This document shows, piece after piece, positions 12,545 through 25,183 of a stretch of DNA of 53,348 nucleotides. This DNA comes from Anthoceros angustus (Eukaryota > Plantae > Anthocerotophyta): contig MU008238.1 in the NCBI GenBank assembly GCA_010909165.1, positions 1 through 53,348 of the forward strand, given 5' to 3'. Position 1 is the first letter of the stretch, and every line of letters starts with the position of its first letter. The notes under the pieces are model-generated. The model was not told the DNA's origin, made no database searches, and saw only the letters and a list, made by a program, of their open reading frames with translations. The translations under genes were made by a program, and so were the position numbers.

Positions 12545-15500
12545 TGTGGAATGGGTTTTTGCATCCGAAGAGCCTTGGCCACATTACCCTCTATGTCGTT
12601 ATAGTCCTAGGATTGATCCCAAGGAATGGTGTTGTGTCAAGTGTTACGATCTATGGTTCTAGACCTACCACAACCGACGCCATACCAACCACCCACTCTA
12701 CGGAACCGACCATCGTGGAGGACTCCACCGCCGCTGGGGTTCCACATCAGAGTGGCGTTGCTCGCCACCGCAGCGGTTGACTCAACCAGGCGGGCCACCG
12801 GTAGCGCCGCGTCTTGTCGTGACCACCAGCCGTCACCCGGCTTCCGGACGGGGTCTCAGTCGGTCTTCCCCACCACACACATAGACTCACATCTACTCTA
12901 ATTCACTCCTAGGGGTCGTGCTCGAACTTCCGGAATTAGGCACTCGATCGGGGAATGCGCGACGGCTCGCGGTGTCGACCCCTCTTGGTCTCACTCCTCG
13001 CTTTTCCCCTCCCTCTTTCTATTACTCGCGTTTCCTCAACGCAACCACAATTCCTTACCACGGCATACTCACCCTCTTCTTGAGAACCTCTCCACATGTG
13101 CACAGTCTCTCTCCCTTCCGGCCACAGACCTCACCCGGGCCACGGACCCCTCCTCATGGAATTAACACACTTCGATGGGCGGCTTGTTGGAAGAGGACGG
13201 GGAGATGATCGTGCCGGCGGTTCACCTTGCCGATCTCACCCCGACTTTCCGCAGCAACCCTTGCCCCTTCTCGCGCATGTTGGGCGCCTCACCATTCAGC
13301 AGGCGTGGAGCTTGGCCACTCCGCTCTCGACCATCGAGATCTTCCGGTCTTCTTGTGTGAAGGCGGTCTGAGCTCCGTTTGATCTTGACGGGCGTCTCCA
13401 ATCAACCCCACGAAGGTTCGATACGGAAGTTCACACACGAAATACATCTTTGAGAGACACCCAAAGGTCTCTTATACATCAGTGGTCCAACACGACTCAC
13501 TTCTCTTTAGGGTCTAAAATTGTAGCTCCTACCACGGCGCCTTACCAATCTAAGCCACAACGCTCTGGTGATGGAACTCCCTATCCCTACTTTGAAAAAC
13601 CCGGTCCTAGGCTATCGCGACTCTAAAATCAGCGCCCCGCGATGCCGCCGCCCACGGCCCATGGGGACCCCTCTCGCTCTTGGCCTCGCCTGCGATCCGG
13701 CGATTTTCCCCACAACCTCCACCTCACTCTCCTTTTGAGTTTCCCTCGCGCCTTCCAGCGGGCGTTGCCTTTGTGACCTCTATGTCCATTGTCCGCTCCT
13801 CTCATTTGGACAACCATCGTGTGCTCCTCCTCCATGCTCGGCTGCGCCTCGCTCATCTCTTCCGGCACCACTTGCGGAGGATAGCGCCCGCTCCTACTCG
13901 AGAAGGAACCAGCGTAGCGCTTTGTGGCAGTCAAGATGTCTGACCGGTGGTTTACGCCTCCCATCCCAACAACCACATACACGTTTAGGTGAGCACCCGC
14001 TCACCATGCGGCGAGCAGGGACATGAGCATCCTCATCGGACGCCGTAACTGTCGCCCTTGATCTGAGGTCCTTACCCTCTCCTCCGTGGACAATCACTGG
14101 GCGGCTGCTGTTGATTCTCGGGAGATCATCCCTCCATCTGCGACACTCACAGGTGACTTCCCCACCTCGGTTCCCGTTCCACGGCGGTGGGTGGTTTAGC
14201 CACCGTGGTGGTTGTTCCCAGTGGTTGCTTGGCTCTGCGGTGGTGCTCGGCCTTCTTGGTTTGGCCACCTCTCTCTTGACTCGGCTAACCGTCTCTTTCC
14301 GCTTGTACCTCTCGGACTTCTTGAATTTCTCCAAGGCGCCATCGCTTCCACCTCCTGGACTCGCGAGACCTCATCTTGAAGCTCTTCAATTGTATCGCCC
14401 CTTGACTGATTTACTAAGGCCTCCTTGAGTGGACATGGCATCGCTGCTCACATGCCCTTGGCCTTGCACTCCGTCTGCGCTCCTCGGCCGCCTTGCTCTC
14501 GAGGCTTTCCAACTTCTCCTTGAGCAACTTCTCACATGGCCTTGCACTCGGCCGGTGAGCCATGGGCTTGATCGAGGAGATCCGCTGCGTCGTGCCATGG
14601 CGAAGTCAAACCACGCAAATCCCCAAATTGGGCTGTCCCTTGCCCATCCGCCTCCACAACAATTCTCGTGCGGTGTCTCTATCCCCACCTCGGACGGTTC
14701 GGTGAAATGTCGCCAAAATGTCCGGGAACTCGTTTCTTGCTCTGAAGTTAACCCCTCTCCTCTAGGGGTTGATGCCCTTGCCTCTTCCCCATTCTCCCCT
14801 AGATTCATCCCACACAGGAGGGCAACACCATTTCCCTTTATTTTCTCCTCCTTTACCCAGCGTTCTGCTGCCAGTCTTCAGTGACCACAGGTGTGGCTGT
14901 GGGTTCCTCCTCTGCTGTTGTCCTCCCTTTTCGACCCCCCGTTCGTGCGCCGCTTCTTGCCTTGAAACTTCCCACCCTCTTAGAACCTTCGAGGGCGCAT
15001 TCCCAAGCTGGAATCCTTGCCGAATCCTCCTTAAATTCCTCCTCTTCTACCTTGGGTTCCCGACGGCTTCCAACCATGCAGGACCTGACTTCAACTCCGT
15101 TAAACACGGAATGTAAATACATGAATCGAGAAAAGGTGAAATCAAGGAGGCCGAGGAAGAGAGAGTAAGTCGCCTTCTCCACAGGCTCTTTCGAAAATCA
15201 TCCTTCCCCAATCAATTTGTGTACCCTTGACCACCTCGTGAAGAAAAACCAAGAAGTGATCCGCCATATGATCCAGCCTTCCGGCTCAGAGGAAACACAA
15301 AATCCATTTGGCTAATCCCACCACCGCAGACACGAGTTGGCGAGTCACCCATTGTTCACTCTCACTTCCCCAGCTCATGAGCCTCAAGGTCTTTCACTGG
15401 GGTCAATCACCAAGCTCCCATCTTCCGATGCTTCGCCCATACATCGCTCGAAAGAGGGCCAAATCCCGCCTGCGGCCTTTCCTCGGCCACCCTCTTGCGA

Positions 15501-15872
15501 CTTCCTTAATTGCACTCTTGCACCAATGTGGTGTCAGCACCATTTCTTCCATGAACTGTGCCCAGCCTCCCCGACCAGCCGCTGCCTCACTTTCCTGGTC
15601 CATGTTGGGCCACCCGGTGGGATTTCACCTGGGGCGCCATCTCCTTCTCTCGTTGTTTCCCAAAACAAAACCTCGACCTCCCTGCAGATTCTGTCGAAAA
15701 AATCACGCCTCCGCCTCCTTCCACGCCCGCGAACTTGCCGGGCGCCCGATTTCTCCTCCGCCGCCTGCCCCGATCGTCGGCGCCCTTCCTCCTGCATGAC
15801 CAGAGATGTAGATTTGGCTCAAGGAGTTGTATGCGCGCCTCTTGCAGCCCGCTCCGACGGCCCTCACGGAAA
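12545..15872 (-). mobile_element. Distal part of the 3' LTR of Athila-like Ty3/Gypsy element E (continues at 36905-37325 once the D insertion is removed)
   Basis: Starts tgtggaatggg like the LTRs at 21501 and 25184 and is homologous to them. The other end (tcttccaca, 37325 and 17079) completes a TGTGGAA...TTCCACA terminal inverted repeat next to a PPT. Confidence 0.7.
13900..15872 (-). CDS. Accessory ORF of element E (Athila/Tat extra-ORF-like domain plus coiled coil), fragmented; inferred ATG at 36954
   Basis: Translated pieces AKWILCFL...HMADHFLVFLHEVVKGTQIDWGRMIFE resemble FLWKIIKGAKPDWGTIMYE of ORF 41553-42620. A coiled-coil piece EKLLKEKLESLESKAAEERR follows. Boundaries approximate. Confidence 0.5.
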
Positions 15873-16752
15873 TGTCGTGCATCACGCTGTTGGGCACACA
15901 AGGTACGTGCATCCCGCTCCGGTCCGGCCCGACCTTCACCGCAACAAGAAAACAAAAAGGACTGTCCATGCCACACACAGACAAGGGGGCGATCGCTATG
16001 AAGCCAGCCACAGGCTGGCGCACTGCAACACGACTGTGCGGGCTGCCTACACGGGCTGCCTGAGTTGGTAACCGTGATCCGTGACCGCAGCACCCACACA
16101 CATTGCAATCGTTGAGCCACATGCACACCAAAACCTTGCATTCCAATCAGAAATCCAGCAACACCGCAGTTTTGCGTGAGTCTCAGCAACATTCCCTTTC
16201 CACGGACTTGACAACTGGTTGTTGCAGCTGCCATCGCCAGTCTTGAGGTCTTGGCCGCCATCATGAGCAAGCACCTCCTCTCGGTGTGATGAGGCCACCA
16301 CCGCGTGATCCTTTGGTCACAGCAGCAGCGGGCTTCATGATGTAGCCCACGAGCCACCGGCCGTTTGCAGCCCTGGTTCTAGAAATGACCTAAATGGCCT
16401 AATAACCTATCCTGATAATGTCAGTTAAATAGCTTCATATGGGGTAAGCTAATTAATAGCTATTTCCTAATGGCCAAAATCACATATATAGCCAGCCTAC
16501 CTCTAGGCTACTATATATATTCTTGTAAACAAGTCTGGTGCCACGACAGCTGTCGTGCATCACCGGCACACAAGGTACGTACGTGCATCCCGCGCTCCGG
16601 CCCGACCTTCAGCTGCAACAAGAAAACAGGGCAAAAGGAAATTCTGTCCATGCCACACCCCCCAGCTGATGGACGGCTAGAAGAAAGGCAGCATGGCGAA
16701 GAAGGAGAACTGGAATTATCCAGCACCTGGAAGGAAAGAATAAGGAAACCCC
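15873..16752 (-). mobile_element. 3' terminal repeat block of element D (B1-A2-B2)
   Basis: 15873-15976 (B2) matches 16551-16658 and 28158-~28232 (B1). ~15986-16548 (A2) matches ~36161-36904 (A1). The terminus TGTCGTG at 15873 is preceded by gaaa. Confidence 0.8.
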
Positions 16753-17079
16753 CGGTCTCAGACGTCCCTGCTTTCGCCACCGTGGTGGAACTAGCCACCA
16801 CCCCACTTGACTACACAACTGGCATATTGTGAGCATCCCTAGCATATATAGACACCTTTTATTCTAAAATTCCCAATACCCAAGGACTCTATTTCTACCC
16901 CACCTCCGGGTCAAACCTAAGGGTCGAAAAATTATTATTATCTCCAAGGGCCAAGGACCATTCCGTATAAAAGACCGACTCATGATTCTCAAAGCACTGC
17001 TATTCTAACACATCCAAAACAAAAAAATCGTTCACCCGACACTTGGGAGGCGGGGTTAGTGCACATGTGGTCTTCCACA

Positions 17080-17095
17080 TACTCCCTTCTCATTT
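17080..17095 (-). promoter_or_regulatory. Polypurine tract AAATGAGAAGGGAGTA (also at 23588, 27244 and 37326)
   Basis: Purine run ~18 bp after the pol stop codon and directly before TGTGGAAGACC. Confidence 0.75.
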
Positions 17096-17112
17096 GTTGG
17101 CCCCTCGCCAAC

Positions 17113-20100
17113 TTATTGGTATATTTTGACCCGCCAACCGCTGACGCGCAAGGGGGTGAGCCACTAAGGAGTTGAATTGATCCGTTGTCGAAAACTTCAA
17201 ACTCAAGGGGCCCCATCCATCCGAGATGTAATTTACGGAAAATGCATGTATCGGTTATCATATAGTAAAGCGGATCCCTGTGAACAACGTATTCTTGACG
17301 CTTCAATCTCTTGTCGTGCCACTCCTTCCTCCTTTTGGACATCCCGCATAACTTGGAGGGCTTGTTCTCCTCCGTGTTTTAAACCCACCAACCTTTCCAA
17401 TCGACTTTCTCCACCGGCATTCGACTTGGTTCTGTATTCTGGTGGGAACTTGAATTCTATTGGCATGACGAAATGCCCGTAAGATAATACGGGGTTTTGC
17501 TGCGTTGTCACTTTTCCATGGTCCGACGCCTGCGTTTTGAATGCTTTCATATCCGATACATAATGATGTGAGTTTGGTTAGGATCTTGCACAACAAGCCA
17601 TTTGCCTTTTCCGCCCCCATTGGCTTTTGGGTTATAAGGCGTGGACTTCTGAGCGACGTTGAAGTGGTGGTCATGTTGGAGATTACGATTGACGAAATGT
17701 GTTCCTCACAGCTCCGGGCCCATATCGGTGATGATTTGCTCAGAATGCACGACGCCGAATCTACGGCGCGTGCTTCTACCATCCGCGCGAATCATGGCCA
17801 CCGGGATGTATTGGTTTTGGCGAGCCTTGGTTTTAATGGATAGGACCGAAAAATCGATTCCCCATTTCTCGAATGGTGCTGCAAGTATGGGGACAAGGGG
17901 CCATTGGGTTGTTGTTGGCTTGCCGACCCTTTGGCAAGCGCCAGCCGCTTCACGAACTCCTTGGCATCCTTGTACATTGTAGGCCACCAATAGCCGCCTC
18001 AAAATTTTCACGCATGTGACATGCGGCATAATGACCTCCGCCTCTTCGTGTAAAGAGCTCGGGACTCACACCGCTTGATGCGCACATAACCGCTCCCCCG
18101 TCCGGATGACTCGGTATAAATTCATGTTGCCGCCGTGAATGGTCCGGAGTAGTGGACAAACACTGAATCTGTCTTGGAAAGATGGAGGAATTTGGCCGTG
18201 CCAAGATAATCGTATATCTCCGATATGTTGGTCTTCCGAAGCCACCCTCCCTTCTCAATCGATCCTCCTCCGAACTGGCTTCACTCGGTTTGCAACCCTG
18301 CAGAAAGTGTCTCATCGGAAAGTCGTCTTCTGGTCCTTTCCACCTTCCTGCTTTCAATCGAGATATGAAGTCGGCATTGATATGCTTCCTACCCTCTCTC
18401 GTTTCCACTGTGAAGGTAAACTCAAGCGAAGATCCGTGCTATGCGTCCGAAAGGTCGTTTATTCACAAGGTGTTTCAAGGCAAAGTGGTCAACATGGAAC
18501 ACAAATTCATACGAGAGGAGGTAGTGTCAATTTCGACCGAGTAAACCATTCCGGCTTGGCCTCCGTGGTGGTGTTCCGTCTGTTAGTTGTCTCCCAAAGA
18601 TAGTAGATCGGAAAATCCTTCTTCTTCTCATCCCGCTGGCTAAGGACCGATCCAATTGCAAATGCTGAAACATCAACGAAAACGTGGAACTTCTTACTCC
18701 GGTCCTTTAGCGTGAGTGAGCTGGGTGGTGAAGTCCGAATGCTTCCTCCCGTTGCGTCGTCCATTCCCACTCCTGATCCTTCCTTAACAAGCTCGTTAGT
18801 GGGGCAGCCCGCTTGGCGAAATTTGGAAGCAAGCGTCTATAATACCCGACCATCCTGTGAACCCGGAGTTCCTTTAGCGTTGTTGGTGCTCTAAGTGTGG
18901 CGATGACCTTTACCTTGTCCGGATCTACTTCTATACCTCGGCTTGAAATTCGATGCCCCAACAGAATTCCTTCTGACATGCCGAAGTAGTACTTTTCTGG
19001 ATGCAGGCATAATTGCGTGGCTCGACAGCGTTCCAGGCACTTCCGGAGGTGCGACAGATGGTCCTTGATGCACGCGAAGTCGTCCAGGAAAACTTCCATA
19101 AAGTCGCGGAGGAAGTCCTTGAAAATTTTGACGATGGCTCGCATGAAGGACCCAGGTGCTCCCGTCAACCCAAATGCGCTAAGCATATATGTCCCCGCCG
19201 GTTGTAAAAGCGGTCGAGGCCAATCGCTCTCCCTAAGGTGCAAATTGATTATACCCAGTAGTCTAGGAATGAATACGCCATTCCTGCACACTGATCCGGA
19301 TATTATCGATGAAGGGTAAGGAAAGTGATCCTTCTTGGTGACTTATTCAACCTTCTCTCCCGACAAACTCGGATTTTGCTGGCGCCTCTAGGTACTACCA
19401 CTATTGGAGCCACCCATTCGGTATTGACTATAGGATAGATCACGGCCTTGAGGTACATCTCCAACCGATCCTTTACCTTGAGGGAGTACTTGGATTTAAC
19501 TTGTTGTGGAATCCTTCTGGATTGCTCACGGTTCCAGTCAATCCTATGCTCGCCCCATTCTTTGGGGATCCCTTCATGTCATACCTCAAGGCGAAAACAT
19601 CAGGAATTGCAGCTTCATTCCTTCCTCCAACGCCGCATCCATTGTTACGGAGAATTTGAGCACCTTCACGGAAGAACCTCAACGTCCTTGACTTCATCAC
19701 TGCACTCACTCGCCCTCTGGTGCGGTGCTAACCCCGAATCCTTCCGGCTCCCGTTCCTCTTCTCTCATGCCCCATTCCCTAAACAAATCCTCCGACGTGA
19801 ACGCGCCTCCTCCTTTCTCCACTGCTTCAATCTCGCCGGACCCCTTCCGGAGCATTCACTACCCCGTAACACCGGGTTAATTGTATATGGGATATCTCTG
19901 CGTAGTCCGCTCCTCATCGGACCATGAGATGTGTGCGAACGGAACCTATCTTCCTCTCCCATCTCCCGACGTGTCCTCTGCCGAGGTGTACCTTCGCTTT
20001 GCTTGGAGTTTCACCGCATACATGTCCTTCCACGATAGGCACATCCTTCCCTCCTTGGTCTTGGGATCCCATTCCAACGGTTTAAAACCGACTTCCTTCC

Positions 20101-21480
20101 GCCCCACTTGAGTGCATGCGTACATCCATGTTCGCCAATTAGGACGTCGACAGCGATTTTCCGGATGACTACATAATCCATCAAGTAGGGATGGTTCCAA
20201 TGGTCGTTAGCACCCGCCGGTTCCCCACCGCACCATTACGGACATGTCGGCTAGCCTCAAAACCTTGGTAGTATGTTCAATATCCAAGCCCAATTTCCTA
20301 GCCGTGTCTTCTCATATAATATTTACACCGACCCGTGTCGAGAGGCACTCCTTTGATGACACATCCCGAAATTTCCACTGAGTTGGTGGGCCTTGATCCA
20401 CCATGGATACCAAGTTCACATGAGCGGGTATAGGAACATTGCGCCTCTTTTGGGTTGCGCCTCTTTTAACGCCTCCCGAGTTGCCTATACCGCGGATTGT
20501 CTGAGGAGTTGTCCGAATGTGATCATGAAATGTTGGTCCATGATGGCCTCGGCGAGATTGAAAGAAGCGGTGGCCAGCCTTCCGCCATTTGGTTGGTTGT
20601 GGGTTCGTCATGACTTGGGGTACGGTGGCCCTTCCGTGGGGTGGTGGACTCGGGTGGTGGAAATCGACACCCCGCCTTTTCCCCGTAGCCTCCCGTTCTT
20701 CTTGTATCATATCCATGACTTCACCGACGTGGAAACCCTAACTCGTTCGGTAACTTCTCCGAAATCGAGGGTTCCACCCCTCGACGGCTTCACAGCCCTT
20801 CATTCGCTTTCCTCACTGGAACACTCAATGTCTCACTCACTTTTTGCACATATGGTCCATCCGCCAAGTCACCAGGACTTGTTTTTTCGTCTTGGCCAAC
20901 GTTCACGGTGTTGGTATTTCCGCCAGTGGTGGCGACACTCTCCTCATCCGATCCCGTGGTATCCGCCTCCTTTCTTCTTTTTCCCCCACGCCGCCTCTCT
21001 TTTGCTTTTGTGCTCCTTGTTCTAACGACCATGGCGGAGGCTTCCCCATAATAATCGCCTCACCGCCTAATCCTCCAAGCTCCTCGTGGTTCCAATCTCA
21101 TCCTCCCATACCGCCATAAGTGCATCCTCAACATGCATGGCGACACCGGACTTGGGTTTGGGAACTCCCGGGTGGTGCGCGATCCTCACTGTTTTCGGGG
21201 CTTTGGCGAGCACACTTCCGCCAAATGCCCGCCGCTTGCAATCTTGACATAGTTTATCAAAATCTCCATTGCCTTGACGAGTTGGATAAGGGCAGGCATA
21301 GTGTCCAAGGTTGCGCTTAGCACAAGACGGTGCCCATTGATTGTTACCCCGCCCTTATGAACGCCTACCCGTGGAATTACGAGGCTGGTACATGGTTTTG
21401 GGTACACTTGGGTTGATCAACCTCCCGGATCCGTATGTATCTTCCACCGGACCTCTTCCTCCTCTTCCTCATATCCCAAA
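17113..21480 (-). CDS. Gag-Pol of element E copy 1 (Zn knuckle, protease, RT, RNase H, integrase); many apparent frameshifts
   Basis: Zn knuckle CQDCKRxGHLAEVC ~21210-21250; protease LDTxxGVNII ~20330; RT FGLTGAPGSFMR...FLDDF ~19080; RNase H FHVFVDVSAFAIGSVLSQ; integrase GHYAACH...WPTMYKDAKEFV, PFEKWGIDF; C-terminal WMGP...NGSIQL. Confidence 0.9.
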
Positions 21481-21500
21481 TAGGTAATTCCTTGTCGCTT

Positions 21501-23587
21501 TGTGGAATGGGTTTTGCATCCAAGACGCAAGAGGCCACATTTACCCTCTATGTAGTCCTAGGATTCGATCCAAGGAATGGTTTTGTGTCAAGATGTTCCA
21601 AAACCATGGATTCTAGTCCTCCCACAATCGGGCCTCACCACCATAATCAATCATCGTGTCCTAAGCCCACGACCATGGTAGTTGACCACTGCAGGGTTCG
21701 CCACCGTGTGGTGGATTCCGCCACCGTGGTGGATTCGCCACCGCGGTGGCTGGTTCAGCCACCGTGGGACCCACCTGGCCGGCGGTACGCGTCGCGATCG
21801 ACTATTTGGCGCCCGGTTCCCCCCGCCACGCCTGCTAAGGGTCCATGCTGCAGCCACATGTACACCAAGTCACACTCATGTGGATTCACACCTGAGCTCA
21901 CCGGTGGATGCGCACACGCACGCCGGCACCCACCCGCCGCGATTTCCTCGACCCCACAATTTATTCCCAACCTTCCTGCTCCGCATTTTCCGACTCGCGC
22001 CACCACTTCCTAGACTCCTCTTCACACAACGACTCACTCACCCCTTCTTCTAGGACCTCATACACCACCGCACAAGATGTTCCCACAGATCCTCCTCTCG
22101 TGCCACAGACTCCCCTCTTGGGCCACACAGACCTCCTCACCTTCACAGGGGGCCACAGACCTCCTTGGGCCACACAGACCTCCTCCTTGGGCCACATGCA
22201 CTCTCCTTCACACAGACCAGCCACAGACCTCCCTTGGGCCACAACCCCTTGGGATTAGACACAACTGTTAGACATGGGTTGGGAAAGGAAAACAATTGGT
22301 TGGCTCCACAGCGATTCGACACCCGCGATCTCACCCCGGTCCCCATGGAATTTCCCTCTGGCATGCATTGAGCACCCTTCACCACTAGTCACCCAGACGC
22401 GGAGCTTGGTCACTCACTCGACCATCCAGGATCTCCCGGCCCTCTTGTGACGAGAGGATGACAATAATCAGCCCATCATCGATTGGATGTCTCCAACCAA
22501 CCACGCACACAAATTCGACACACGGGAGCTCACACCGAAATTGTCTGCTAAGAGAGACACTCAAGGGTCTCTTATACATCCGGCAGCGTACCATAGCTCA
22601 CTTTCCCAAAGGTGTCTAAAGATGGCTAACCTACCTCGTGTTTAAAGATGGCTAACTTACCACAAGCGCCTACCAATGTATCTACAAATTCACAAGCTTC
22701 CTAGCACCTTATCCTCTAATCCAAGTGAAAGCCTGACCTATGATGCCGCCCTCTAAAATCGCCTCCTCACTGTGGCCTTAGCCCCGCGCCCATGGGTGTT
22801 CCCCGCCTCCTACCACGCCCGATCCGAAAGATCCTCCTTAATATCTCCACCTCACTCCGCTATCCGAGGTCCCTTCACTCCTCCTAGGAGGCGTCCGTCC
22901 CGCCCTGCAAGACGCTTCCTCGCTCCTCATCGGACAGCCAAAGCATGCTCTCCATCCATGCTCTAGCCTCCGCCTTGCTCATTTCCTCGAGCACAACCGT
23001 GAAGGGTATGCCCGGCTCCTGTGGACAATCCCGGGCCGTGGCCGCTCGAACTGAGGGAGTTGCATCCTCCTCAGGCCTCGACGGTGGCTTCCCCACCTTG
23101 GGTCCTTCTTCCATGACGATGGCCGGCTCCACCACCGTGGTGCGCCTGCTGACGGTGGTGGCCCCCACTGGTTGCTTCATGCTGGTGGTGTTGCTCTACC
23201 CTTCTTCGCTTTGCTGCCTCTCTCTTGACCCTGGCCCTAGCCTCACCTCTCCCCGCTTATACCTCTCAGCTTCACGAACTTCTCCAGGTGCTGCCTCCAC
23301 TTGTTCCGGGCCCCTGTTGTCGAATGAAGGATCCCCACCTTATATAGACAATTTTATTCCTAAAATCCCAAGGTCCAAGGACCTTCTAGCTGGCCTGATA
23401 TTCACAGTTCGAGGCCCAAGGACTAATTATTTGTAAAAGTAATATTGTCATGGGCCAAGGACCATTTTAGTATAAAAGGCCTTGCCTCGGACATTTCCTA
23501 AGCACTCCATCACACAAAACATAAGAAAAACAAAAAACATTCAAACCAATAGTCCAGGGAGGGTTAGTGTACATGTGGTCTTCCACA
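21501..23587 (-). repeat. LTR of family A (~2.09 kb)
   Basis: TGTGGAA...TTCCACA termini, adjacent PPT, TATATAAG on the - strand near 23340. Confidence 0.85.
22100..22253. repeat. Degenerate ~20-bp tandem repeats (ttgggccacacagacctcc) inside family A LTRs; second cluster at ~25770-25925
   Basis: Several copies visible in both LTRs. Confidence 0.8.
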
Positions 23588-23621
23588 TACTCCCTTCTCA
23601 TTTGTTGGCGTCCTCGCCAAC

Positions 23622-25088
23622 TTATTGATAATACTTTTCAACTCGCCAACCAACTCACGGTTGGCAAAGGCGACCATTCAAATCGCGGATGGAACCATTG
23701 TGGAAAACCTCCAAGACCTCGAACGGACCCATCCACCGTCGTCCGCCATAACCGTTGTTACCGTCGTCCCATTCGATATAACTTGGTCTTGTGTCTTCTG
23801 ACGGTCGCGAGTAATGGAGACGCTTCTTGTACCTTAGAGAGGTTTTGAGAATTTGGCGGTGCAGATACTCACAAATTTCGAGGCCGTTTGTGAAGCTCTT
23901 TCTCCTTCTCATTCGAGGCCATCTCGCCTCCCTTCCCCTCTTGAATTGGGTGCAGCCTCGCCTCCACTGTTGTTCCACTTTCTTGGTTGCCGCCTCGCCT
24001 CCCTCCTTGCTTGCTCCGCATCTTTTTTTGCATACAACGCCTCTTGTTTCCTCGCCACTCTTTGTTCCCAGCTTCTTCCTTCCACTTCACCCCTTGATTT
24101 CTTCTTTTTCCTCCGGCCTCATCCCACTGAATCTTCCTCCAAGTGTCACTGCTTTCTTCCTCCATGGAATCCTCTGGGAATCTTGAGGAGCTTTCCTCTC
24201 TGAGGAACTTTCTCCCGAGGACGATGAGGAATCCTTTCTTTTCCCGTTTGGACTTCTTCCCGTTCTTCTTAGCCTTCTTCATCTCCTGCGAGTTAGATTC
24301 CTCGTAATTTAGCGCCGCCTTGATAGCCTTGCCCAAATTCTCCGCTTGCCACCCACGTGTCTCCCCATCTTAGAACCGGGCCTTTAGCGAACCACCGTAT
24401 TGCTCCTCGAACAATGAGGACCACTACGATCACGTGGTGTGAAACCTCTCAACATACGCTTGCAAGGTTTCCTTCCTCTCTTGTAACCTCTCAAGCTTGG
24501 ACAACACGTAGCCCTCCATGTCAATCCCCTAAACCTCTCATGAAGGCATTCTTCAATTCTTCAAAGGTGGTTGGGGGTGACTTGAGGTACTCGCGTATCC
24601 ACTTTGGGACCGCCCGAAGAACTCCATAGAACAGTTGAATGCTGGCGGCATCGGTTTGCAAATGTCACCGCTCAAAGCGCTCAACAAATTCGGGATCCTC
24701 ATACCCCTTTCCCTCCCCATAAGGTAAGGTTGCTTGGTGGTGACACCACCCGCAGGTGGACATGACTGCCATCTTTGGTGAATCGTGGTTGATTCTGACG
24801 GTCCATGCGTTGATTGACAAAATCCGCACACACCGAAGAGAGGTCAAGACAAGTTTGGACCAAGGTTCCTCGGTGGTACCTCGTCCAAGACCGGAGATTG
24901 GGGATCTTGCTCCAACAAGATCGGACAATCCGGCCGATTCCTTACTCCCTTCCCTTCCGCAAGTCGTCCTCCAATTGGGTCCTCCTCAACTCCCGATCCG
25001 CAACCCTTTTCAACCTTTCCACTTGCTGCGCCCGCTTGAGGCTTCTCCCGACTTGACTCAATCCTCCGACTCAACTCGTGGCATCCAT
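23622..25088 (-). CDS. Gag joined directly to the integrase C-terminal tail (PR, RT, RNase H and IN core absent)
   Basis: Gag-like YEDPxEFVERFER...PTTFEELKNAF...ENLGKAIKAALNYEES and a Ser/Lys-rich tract, then WMGPFEVLEVFHNGSI...WRVEKYYQ-stop. Confidence 0.7.
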
Positions 25089-25163
25089 CTACCAAACTAA
25101 ATACACTCAAAGACTAGACACCTAAGCTATGGTTAGTCTTTCCTATAATCCTTGACATAGTTA

Positions 25164-25180
25164 TTCCCGGCAACGCGCCA
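25164..25180 (-). promoter_or_regulatory. Primer binding site complementary to the tRNA-Asp 3' end (Athila-type)
   Basis: TGGCGCGTTGCCGGGAA lies 3 bp from the LTR end; the canonical Athila PBS is TGGCGCCGTTGCCGGGGA. Confidence 0.8.
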
Positions 25181-25183
25181 AAA

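Larger units (their letters stand above)
16753..21500 (-). mobile_element. Athila-like Ty3/Gypsy element E, copy 1 (LTR start, PPT, pol, partial gag); 5' part cut by the LTR at 21501
   Basis: LTR boundary tcttccaca at 17079, PPT at 17080-17095, pol motifs as listed for the CDS. Confidence 0.9.

Noticed and set aside
23505-23516. Alternative LTR boundary at ...ccatcaca
   Set aside because: No adjacent PPT and no inverted-repeat match; the boundary at 23587 has both.
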